A stretch of 64,000 bases of DNA, taken from Eutreptiella sp. 'Long Island Sound 2002'. Taxonomy: Eukaryota; Protista; Euglenida. The notes beneath the pieces were generated by a model. It saw only the letters and a list, made by a program, of their open reading frames with translations, was not told the origin of the DNA and did not search any database. Positions 52,543 to 62,329 of the stretch are shown in pieces. The DNA lies in assembly GCA_964036045.1 (NCBI GenBank), contig OZ038378.1, forward strand, positions 6,200,001 through 6,264,000, read 5' to 3'. The stretch's first letter is position 1; every line of letters starts with the position of its first letter. The position numbers were made by a program, and so were the translations under genes.

Positions 52543-55500
52543 ATGACGATCCTTAGCCATTGGCCGTCGGTTCGGACGGCGATAGGGACACTCAATGTCA
52601 ACGGTTGGCTACGGCGACCCAGAGAGCCGAAACGGAGCCTAGAGCAAGTCCTGCGGCGGGAGACCAGGCCCCGCGGGGAGCTGCGGCGGGTATCAGTAAT
52701 GCGCATCGTCAAAAAACATCACCTGGACGTGCTGGGACTGCAGGAGACACACTTGCAAGACCAGGAGATCATCGACTCGCAGCACTGGTGGCTGCGACGC
52801 CATGGGTTTTCCGCCCGGTTCAATATACAAACCACCCCAGCGGATAAGGGATCCACGGGAATTCTCTGGCGAGACGCTAAGTGGGAACACGTGTCCTCGG
52901 AAGATATTGGGCCCCGGTTTTTATTGTCTCAACTCCGAGCTCGAGCGGGGGGGGAGGTGCGCTTTCTGGCAGGCCACTTTTCCTGCGAGCCCAATGAGCG
53001 CAGACAACAGTGGCAGAAAGTGGAGGCCAAACTGGCCCCCCTTCCGCCGCTTCCGCTGGTCATACTGGCGGACCATAACAGCGTGATGGTGCCAGGGTCC
53101 GACACGGCGGTGGTCAGCAAGGAAGTACCGGCAGTGGTTCGCTCACGTCAGGTGGAGGGGTCGATTTTGACATCCTTGGCAGTGGAAGATGTATGGGTGC
53201 ACCTCCACGGGGAACGGAGGGCAGAGTCGTTGGAGGGCTTTACATTTCCGTCGCTGCAGCGGCGGATAGACCGGGTGCACCTGCCCACGGCAGTGCTCAA
53301 TACTGTGCGGTCTGTATACACGGTGACAACGCCCTCGGATCACAAGGCGGTGGTTCTCCAGTTGGGGCCACAGGAGGAGCCGGGGGGCGCCCCGCGGTTC
53401 AGGTTCCCATTGGAAATTCTGGAGTCTCCGGATGCGGCGGCAACGTTGCGAGAGGTCCTGGAGGCCCACAGCCAAGTGCCAGGCCCAATTGAGTCGTGGT
53501 GGGATGGTGTGCGGAGTTTGTTGCGAGAATTTGCGGGGCGTTGGCGCAGGGAGAACCCTTCTTCGGGCTTCACGGAGCTGCAAGCTCTCGTGCGTGAGAG
53601 CACGCCTCTGCGTTTGGCGCCAGGGGCGTGGGAGTTTCTGCGGGACTTGGGTTACGAGGAAACGTCGATCGCGTTGGCGTATCAGCGCCTGGTGCGGCTG
53701 CAGGCGCAGGAAAAGCAGGAAGAGTTTGAGGAGCGCATGCTCACGCGTCTCCGGGCGCAGCTGCAACCCCAAGAGGCTCGGGCCAAGGAGGCCTCGGAGA
53801 GACGTAAGCGTGTTCATGAGATGGTGAGGCAGTTACGTGACCGGCTGTATCTACAGCGAGTGAGGGACAGCAGGGGGGTGGTGCAGGAGACAAGTAAAAC
53901 GATTGCGCGGGCCTTGCATGACTACTGGGGCGGGGTAATGGGGGGAGGGGGGAGCACGCTGGAGGAGTGCCAGCGGTACGTCTCGTCGCTGCCCATCCCT
54001 GAGCGAGTGCGTCGCGCTATGCCGTTACTGTTTAGGGAGCTGTCCAAGTAGCTAGTAAAAACGGCGTTAGAGCGTCTCAAGCGGGGGTCCGCACCTGGTA
54101 TGGATGGGTTGCCAGCAGAGGTGTACCAGGCTTTTCCAGAAATTTTTATACCCAAATTGTACCAGGCTATGGTGTTGTTCCTGCGCAGGGGGGGGGTGCC
54201 AGAAGAATGGGCGACCTCGCTGATGAAGTGCTTGCCGAAATTTGCTGGGGCCGAGTGCCCGAAGGACTTGCGCCCGCTGGCGCTGCAAAACACGTGTGTC
54301 AAATGGATTTCAACAACAATTATGCTGCAGGTAATGGACGCACTGCAACAGATTATTCCCCCCGAGCAGAAAGGGTTTTTGCCGGGACGGCAGATGGTAG
54401 ACCATTTGGTCTTTGCGCGAGCGGAATGGGATAGGCTCCCGGAGCAGGCCATGGTGGCTATCGACTTTCAAAAAGCGTACGACTCTGTGTCGTTTGCGTT
54501 AATGGAGTGTACGCTTCTCTTCTTGGGGTTGGGGGTGGAGTACGTGCGGCTGCTCCTCTCTGTGATGTCAGCACCAATTTTGTTTTGTGTGGGGCGATCG
54601 TTTGAGCCAACGGTGGTGTTGCACCCGCGGTCGGGGATACGCCAGGGCGACCCTTTGTCCCCCCTGCTGTTTGATGTAATAACGGTGTTATTAATTTATG
54701 ACATCAAGTCCCTCAAGATCGAATTGGTGCTGCTGCTGTATGCAGATGATATTTTGCTTTGTGTACCTGGGCGGGGGTCTAAACAGGAAAAAGATTTGAG
54801 GGCGGCACTATATCGCCTGGGGATCTTTGGCTATTTTTCCGGACTGAAGGTGAACGCGTCAAAAACATATGCAGTAGTTAAGGTGCGGGAGGGGGAGGCG
54901 TCGCCGTCGACGCTGGCGGGGGTCGTCGTGAAGCCTCATGTGAAATATCTAGGATCGCTGTTGGGGAATGTGTCAGAAGAAAAAGCATATGCACCAGCGA
55001 TCGCCAAAATGATGGCTCGGGCACGGGCAATGGCGGCCCTGCCGCTGGGTTTGATGGAGAAATCTGTTTTGTTTGCCTCTTGGGTGGCACCGGTTTGCTA
55101 CCTCACGGCGAGAGCCTACCGTCCCACCGAGCATGTTTGCTCACAACTGGATTTGGTGCATAGGACGGCGTTGGGGCTGACTAACTGGAACCTCACCATG
55201 CCAATACTGTTGCTGCCCCCATCGGAGGGGGGATTGGGGCAGGCAAGCCTGTCGGCTTATGCGCAATGGGCGCATAGTCATTCCTTTGTTACGTATGTCC
55301 TGCGGCCGGGCCGGTTTGCGGAACAGCACTCGGGTCCATTCCGGCGGTGGGCAGCGGCACAGGGGCTGTTAATGGAAGAGGAAGTCCTCCCCTATCTGCA
55401 GTTAGGCCCGGTGCCCCTGTCCAGACCTTCTTTTTTGCAGGGCTGCCTGAAAGCCTACTCCGTCACGCGACGGTCGGGGGGGGGCGTGCCGCCCCCCCCG

Positions 55501-57268
55501 GAGCATCGGTTGGGGCATATGCCGGTATGGCATAATGCGCAATGACCTGTCGCTAACCTACCATAGTCCATTGTTGGTCAAGCGGGGGGTCTATCGATGG
55601 TACGACCTGGTGGAGGGAGGGGGGATTCCAGTGCGGTTTGTGGACATGTTGGCGCCCACGTGGCAGCCGGTTTACCTACGGCGGGTGTCGGAAGTTATTG
55701 AGTCGTATCAGCGACCAGTAACGTATACGGGTCCAGAGTTGGGGCGGTGGGCGTATACATGGACCTCCAGGAAAATGCTGCTGTATATGCAGCACCAGCG
55801 CCGGCATGCAGCCCGGCAACCGCCAGAAGTGTGGCGAGCATTTGAACGGTTGTACCTGCCGAGATGGGACAAAGACTTTGTTAGACGATGCTTGTGGAAA
55901 AAACTCCCACTAGGCACCAGAATGGAGAGGCTGGGGGGAAAATTGTGCCCGCTGGACAATAAAGTAGAGGACCATGAACATGTTTTTAGGCACTGCTTCT
56001 TCTGTAACTTTATGTTTGACACGGTCCGCCGGGCATTTGGGTTGGTGGAGAGCGAGCAGGGGAGGGTGGAACCGAGTCGCCTGTTAAGGGACCATCCCCT
56101 GCTGTCTCTGACCTCTACCCAGGGGCTAATCTTGTGGGCGGGTTCCAAGGTGCAGTGGGGTCTTCGGTGCCGGGCGAAGTACCAACGGGTGGCGCCGGTG
56201 CTGGACGAGTTCATTGCGGGCTGGGCGGGGCTCTTGCGGGCTTGGAGGGCAGAAAAGGACATGTCGTGCTCCAAGCGCGACCTCTGCAGGTTTGTGGAAA
56301 TTTTGGATGGGTGGTTTGTGAATCCACAAATGCCACGAATTTTTCCAGCACAGCCACAGCAGCCCACGAATGCCAAGCCAGTCAAGCAGCGGGATAAGTT
56401 AAAGGAGAAGGAAGAGAAGTGGGGCAAGTATAGAGATGCCGAGGTCCAGCGGCTACAAGCTCTGGCGGCAGATGGGTGGACCGTGGCATATTCGGATGGC
56501 TCGGCGAAAACGGTGAGGGGGTGGGCACAGGCGGGGTATGGGGTGTGGTACGCGCGGGGGTCTTCCCGTAATTGCGCGGCTCATGTGCCAGTGGGGGAAC
56601 GACAGAGCGTCAGCAGGGGGGAACTTCAGGGGGTCCTACATGCACTGTTGCACAGATCGCCAGGTGAGCGGTTAGTGGTTGTCTTAGACTCGGAGTACGT
56701 GTACAAGGGGATCGTGGAGTGGTCGCTGAAATAGCGCCGACATGGGTGGCGCACAACCGGCAGAGAAGTTGGCCACAGGGATTTGTGGGAAACAATTTTG
56801 TGGGAGCGGGAGAGGGCGGGGGAGCAAGTGCAACTCCGCTGGATACCATCCCACCTGGGGGTGCAGGGCAATGAGGAGGCGGATGCACTGGCGGAGGCAG
56901 GCAGGGGCTTACATCCGCATAATGAGGAGTCTTTTCCGAAGAGAGTGAGAGTGGAACCACAGTGGGAAGCATTGGGGCTGGAGGAGATGGCGTCGGGGGG
57001 AGAGGCCACAGACAGTGACATGGCGAGCTCAGGAGAGTCCGGCGGGACATTGTCCTCAGGGTCTGAAGGGGTGTCGCTGAGCGACTTGGAGAGTGACGAA
57101 TTTTCGACAGACGTGAGTGACAGGGCGCGGGACAGGGCCCTGGGGGTGGAATCAGAAATGGACAGCGAGTCGGTAGACAGCCTGGAAGCGGGGAGTGGGG
57201 GCTCAGAGTTTAGTACGGATGTCAGTGACAGCCGGAAGAGACGGAGGTTTCAGTCTGTGCATACCTGA
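52543..57268 (+). pseudogene. LINE ORF2 (APE endonuclease, reverse transcriptase, zinc finger, RNase H, acidic tail) with 3 lesions
   Basis: APE: TLNVNG, LQETH, LADHN, RRIDRV, SDH. RT: APGMDG, LRPLAL, QKGF, DFQKAYDSV, GIRQGDPLSP, YADD, KYLG. Zinc finger: CPLDNKVEDHEHVFRHC. RNase H: YSDGS, RGEL, LDSEY, WIPSH..GNEEADALA. Lesions: TAG at 54049, a frameshift at ~55540 and TAG at 56732. Confidence 0.93.
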
Positions 57269-57997
57269 CCTTGCGACCCTGACCCAGACGCTCAGAGCTC
57301 GCATGGACAATCTGTGGCGGCGCCTCCGGCGCCGTATTCGTGGACTAGCTGTGGCGGCGGCTTCGCCGCCTAATCTATGACGATGAACTGAATGAGCAGG
57401 CATAGGTCTGTCGGTGGGGGCCTATCGCTGAACTTTCCACTGTTTATGTCCAAGGAACGCCTATGTCGAAGTGACACTAGGCGTTGATTCCGTCAATTTC
57501 TGCGCCTTTGATTTTGGCGCTGCATTTTTCAATTCGTTCTGCTGTGTGCCAGGTGTGCTTCTCGTTACCTTGGGTGTGAGATGCACGTTGTTCATATTCT
57601 GTGCCAAGGCAGCTCTCTTGGCCAAGAGGACTGCCGCATGTGACATGGCTGAGATAAGCGATACCTTCGACAGGTCCATGTCGCAACAGTATTGTGAATG
57701 GATTAGAGGCAAAGTTGATGAGCGACACTGTCTGACAGGAGTCCCATCCCTTGCCCAGACCATCAGGAGTTTGCAAACATGGTGGCTGCAGCCTGTGGAC
57801 CCGTAATGTTCAATGTTTCCAAACTGTATGTGCCAGTTTTTGGTAACCAATGTTCGCAGCTCATGAGTGTTTTGTTGCATATGTCAACTCTTTGCTTGTG
57901 TACCACCATCTCCGCTTCAAACCCCCTGAGGACGGTCTACACCTGTATCATGCAAGTTGCGGTGTGTAAGCAACACCCTTGTCCAAGCAACACTAGG

Positions 57998-58863
57998 CCG
58001 AGGAGGGACGACAAATGCACCCGCACAACCAGCGGGGGCTGCATAAGAGGCCGGTGTGGAGCCCATGTGGGCAGATCTGGGTTTGGAGGAAATGCCCAGT
58101 GAAGTTTCGTCGTCAGGGGAGTCCAGTGGAGAGAACAGTGACCTGGAGGGGGGATGGGACTCAGAGACTGATGCATTGTTATCTGGGTCGGGGGACTTAG
58201 GCTCCACGACGGGGAGCTCAGGGTCCTGCACGGAATCGTGTCAGTCGGGGGGATCGGAGTGTAGTACGGAAGTAAGTGACAATCCAAACCGGAAGAGACA
58301 CCGGGGGTTGGGGGGGAGGTCAGAATGAGACGCTATAGGGGAGGAGCATACCTGAAACACGTGTGACTCCCACGTCACATCGCTTTTGGTGGCGAAGGCG
58401 GCAGACACGCTGCCGGAGGTCGACCTACGCGGTCGATCTGAGCCTTGAAGGTCTGCACTAGGTGGATACCGGAGGAGAAGCCGCTGGGAGCAACGGGGGG
58501 AGGTCAGACCTGGTGGTACTGAAAGCCAGTAAACAACACATCGGATAATAGCATATCGGAAACACGCTTGTCTCCCACGTCACAGATCATGGGTTCGAAT
58601 CCCGGTGGGCAGGCTGCTGGGGGTTCTTTTTACCGGCAGCCCATTCCTTTAGCCCATTCCTTCTCAACCCAGTTCTTGCTGAGGGCCAGGGAGGGATACC
58701 TGACCATCCCAGACGAACTGTGGCGGCGCCTCCGGCACCGTATTTGTGGAAGAACTGTGACGGCGGCTATGCCGCCATTCTTGGGACTGCTTGGGAATGC
58801 ACTGAATGCGAGGGCATAGGTCTGTCGGTGGGGACCTATCGCTGAACTTTCCACTGTTTATGG
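57998..58863 (+). mobile_element. 5'-truncated copy of a related LINE subfamily, or a LINE-SINE chimera
   Basis: Exact 15-bp TSD CCAAGCAACACTAGG at 57983-57997 and 58864-58878. 58056-58328 (VEPMWADLGLEEM...STEVSD..RKR) is homologous to the ORF2 C-terminus. The last ~155 nt match the 3' end of the full element. Confidence 0.85.
58542..58612 (+). promoter_or_regulatory. tRNA-derived cassette with Pol III A and B boxes (not a functional tRNA)
   Basis: A-box-like TAGCATATCGG at 58549-58559 and B-box GGTTCGAATCC at 58592-58602, at tRNA-like spacing. The CTCCCAC loop resembles tRNA-Gly(CCC), but the anticodon and acceptor stems do not pair. Confidence 0.7.
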
Positions 58864-58942
58864 CCAAGCAACACTAGGTGTTGGTTCCGTTAATTTCTGG
58901 TCATTTACCGTTGCTTGGACAGGCCGAGGGGGGGGGGGGGGT

Positions 58943-59325
58943 TAGCCCCGGACAGCTCTGTACCTTCAAGGGTTGTCTAGACCGGTGAGCAGGCCACGCC
59001 AGCTTGTCTTTGTCTGCCCCACCCCTTCAACAAGAAACATTGAATTTACGACACGTGAAACTCTCACAATCTTTAGATCCTGCAGCCACGTTTGCATCAT
59101 CATCTGCACACCCTGCCAGCTGTTGGGCTAAAAACTCGGCCAATGGTCTCTCCTCGGAAGCCCTCAAAATGGGGTCCCTTGCAAGGCTCCAGACACTAAA
59201 TGGATGGTTTTGGAGTGGGGTCCTGGTACAACCCCACACCAGCTCATCTTTTTCTGGGCCAACAACAAACATCCTTTCTGTGACAAAGTTCATTTGCTTA
59301 AGGTTATGGCTGCTGTGCCATGTTG
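58943..59325 (+). repeat. Continuation of the interrupted satellite copy, containing a ~140-bp array segment in inverted orientation
   Basis: 58950-59091 matches the unit in forward orientation. About 59100-59237 is the reverse complement of about 36043-36176. About 59238-59320 matches the leader near 34828-34910. Confidence 0.85.
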
Positions 59326-60404
59326 AGTAGGCGGTGGTTCTTCGTGCTGGCGCAAAGTGACGGGTACCGCGCCTTGACCGTCACCAGCTGGGCCGCACAG
59401 ACCTCCGGGCACGTCCTCATGTGCCCCCAGCCCACTACCGTCCCGGATCCGTTTCCAGCTGGTGGTGGGAACACCGTCAAGGTACCGACGCCCTGTCCAC
59501 TTGGAGCGCAGGCCTGGTACACGGAGATGCAGGCCCGTCAGGGGGTAGTCTGTGCGGTTTCCATCGACGGTCCACGGTGGCAAGTCCGAGTGCCCCAGCT
59601 GCAACCCCACCGCCACATGTTACTCCACTAGCGTTGGGGCAAAGGTGTCAAACCCGGTCCCCCTCACCTGCATCTTCAATAGCGACGATAGGGCGGCCGC
59701 GCGGGACAAGCGGAGCACCGCCTCCTCACACTCAACACCGCGAAAGCAACGACCCATTCAGTCCGGCGCGCGACCCCGGTCCCAGCATCACACCATCACG
59801 TACAATGGCAGCCCCTCTGGCAGTGGCCGTGCGGAGGTGAGAGTGCCAGTAGTAGGGCTAGCCCTCGATGCACATCAGGGTCGTGAAGCCCTTCAAATTG
59901 TCCGCCCCAGCCTGCCCTCTGATGCCCCATACACAATGATCGACCGTGGAGCCCGTGTTGGCAACGGAGACGAGGGCGGTGAGGCTGTCGGCTCGGTCCA
60001 GCCACACAATGGGGCAGGGTTAGGCTGCGCTGGGGCACTACACTGGCCCGTAGATCGTCACGTTAAGCTCCGGAGCCTCCCGATCAATGAGCAGCCGGGC
60101 AGCCGTGCTCAAGGACACATAGTGCACGGTGTCAGCTGCAACCACACGGCAGGGGCATTGAAAGTGGGCAGGTTCCGCCACGCAATACTTAAGGCTTCCG
60201 CAATGGCGGCGCTCTGGACGCCGCAGAAGCTGGAGACCGTGCCCAGACAGGCACGTGTGGTAACATGGCTGGATTCGGGGTCATCGAAGGGGTCCCACTC
60301 CGCATAGAAGGAGTTGTGGGAGGGCTGAAGAAGTAGTGGTGGGGAAGGGGGGGGAGGCGGGGCTGGACTGGGTTGGGGGGGGTCAACCATTATAGGTGGA
60401 GTCA

Positions 60405-60850
60405 TGTGGTGCGATTTCTGGACATGTGTCACGGCCCAGCCGAGACTCGTGCATGACGCAATTTTGGAAAATGCATCACGGCCCTGCCTAGCCTTGTCCG
60501 TGGCGCATTTTGTGGTCAGGCCTCATGGCCCGGTGCAGCCTGGTCCATGGCACATTTTTGGAAGTTGCGTGATGGCCCGGCCCATGCTGGTGCGTGACGC
60601 ATTTTTTGGTCATGTGTAACGGCCCGGCCCATACTTGTGCATGAGGCATTTTCGGAAATGTGTGACGGCCCACCCCGAACTCGTGTGTGATGCCATTTTT
60701 GGACATGTATCACGGCCCGGCTCAAACTTTTGCGTGACACATTTTTGGGAAATGGCTCATGTCCTAGCCCAGACCGGTGCGTGACGAATTTTGGGACATG
60801 CGTCACAACCCGGCCCAAACTCGTGCGTGACGCATTTTTGGGAGATGGCA
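60405..60850. repeat. 46-47-bp minisatellite, ~9 units, each with an internal inverted repeat
   Basis: The ACGGCCC-like anchor occurs at 60431, 60478, 60525, 60572, 60619, 60665, 60712, 60759 and 60805. The best unit reads ATGCGTCAC-N20-GTGACGCAT. Confidence 0.9.
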
Positions 60851-61743
60851 ACCACACGTTGCCATTGGTATCAAGCACCTTCGAATAGTTGGGTATGCGG
60901 CCCGTCTGTAGCCTGGCACATTTGCACCGCCCCTCACCCTAAATTGGTTGGGGTTTCATGGGCTTGGGTATCGCACACATGGGTGCTGGGAACCTCAGGG
61001 GTGGGTGTCTTGAGGCAGTTCTTGGGTTAGAGAACACCATAGGGTTTGTGGTACGCAATGCGCTTTCTGTTTGAAACATGTATCGGCAAGATGTGTTGGG
61101 TTAAGTTTGGGCCAGGAGGGTTAATACATATGCCGGTTTGCCCGAATAGGCCGGTCACGGGGTGGGGCAGAGGATATGTGGGTTATGGTGTCAGGGCAGG
61201 CATTGTGTAGTGGACAAACCACGGGGTATTTGGTTTGTCGCGGGTTTCGGCCCGAGGATATGTGGTTTAAGGTTCTACGGCTGGGATTTGCTGCCCAAAT
61301 GCCCATTTTCAAGGCTTCTTGGGACCTTACAGGGGCCAAATTGGCTGCAAGCAGGCTCAAAATGGACTCATTTCACTTGATTGTGTACACCAAATGGTCC
61401 ACGATCCACGATGGGAAAACAAGTTTTTGACCCATGAGAAGGTAACACCCCCAAGCATACACCTATATTTCAAAGTCCAACCGTTGTGAGCACAATGTAA
61501 AACAAAGTAGCTCTTGTGAGAGAAACGGGCACATGCACGTGTGGTAGACAACAAATGCTACTTATTTTCGCAACTTGCACTCCCACCGGTACACGGGAAG
61601 AATGCGAAGGTAACACAGCAATGCTACACCTGTATTTCAAAGTCCAACTAGTATGAGCACAAGGCAAAAGAAAGAAGTTGTCATGAAAAAAGCAAGCACA
61701 GGCTTTTTTCCAATCTTTGGAAACACAATGGGGCATATTCTAG

Positions 61744-62317
61744 GGGGGCGCCTCAAGCGCAGTGTGCGCGCAGTGCAACTATTTGGGCGTCTGGCCGTAC
61801 TAGAGACCCATACTTTGAGATACTAGGGGCCCCTAGGGGCATCATGGTGACCCCTAGCGTAGACTTTGACTTCTAATTTTGTTCCCTTTGTTGGGGACCC
61901 CCGAGAATGCAGGGGTGGGCCTTGGGCCTTGTAGGTTAAGCCTAGTGGTCTCCCACCTCAGGACCCCTACACTCAATTGTTTTACCTACTTATTGTGGGC
62001 CTACCTTTTAACTGATTCTGAATTCAGTTGCTTGGCCATGCTGGCCAAGCCATATCCTGTGTCTGGCCCAACCTAGTTGCCCCAGATTCCTAACCAACTC
62101 CATTGCATGTCAAAGTGTGCACATGAAGTGCTTGGGACTATCCTTGAGGCCAGACTGATGCCAGTTTTCATTATAAAATCAATTGCAACTTGCAGTTTGG
62201 GTCACTTAATTCTAAGGGCATTTCCAAGGGGTGTGCTTGGGGGCTCTTCGGGGAGAACATAGTCTAAAAGTAGCGCGCAGTGCGCGCGCACTGCGCGCGC
62301 AGTGCAAAGACTCCCCC
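61744..62317 (+). mobile_element. MITE, same family as 48284-49062
   Basis: TAG|GGGGGCGCC...GACTCCCCC|TAG. It shares ~165 bp on the left and ~135 bp on the right with the other copy, but the interior differs. Confidence 0.88.
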
Positions 62318-62329
62318 TAGTGTTGTTAG

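Larger units (their letters stand above)
50816..57450 (+). mobile_element. Full-length non-LTR retrotransposon, L1/Tx1-type, with RNase H
   Basis: Exact 14-bp TSD CAAGGAACGCCTAT at 50802-50815 and 57451-57464. Two-ORF layout with APE, RT, zinc-finger and RNase H motifs. No poly(A). Confidence 0.93.
50784..58942. mobile_element. Host element with imperfect inverted ends (~630 bp once the two nested LINEs are removed)
   Basis: The left end is CCACCCTCCCCCCTTGTTCAAGGAACG. The reverse complement of the right end is ACCCCCC...CCTCGGCCTGTCCAAGCAACG. It sits at a TA in the satellite copy, and the TA appears duplicated. Its identity as a DNA transposon is inference. Confidence 0.6.

Noticed and set aside
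52543-57268. Stop-codon reassignment (Blastocrithidia-like TAG=Glu) to explain the in-frame TAGs in ORF2
   Set aside because: One TAG sits where Glu is plausible but the other sits at a conserved Trp position. The element also has frameshifts, and the photolyase terminates normally at TAG.
57461-57880. 139-aa minus-strand ORF in the host element as a transposase
   Set aside because: No DDE or DNA-binding motif, and too short.
60405-60850. CRISPR array (palindromic repeats at regular spacing)
   Set aside because: The whole 47-bp unit is repeated, the loops are homologous rather than unique spacers, no cas genes are present, and the context is eukaryotic.
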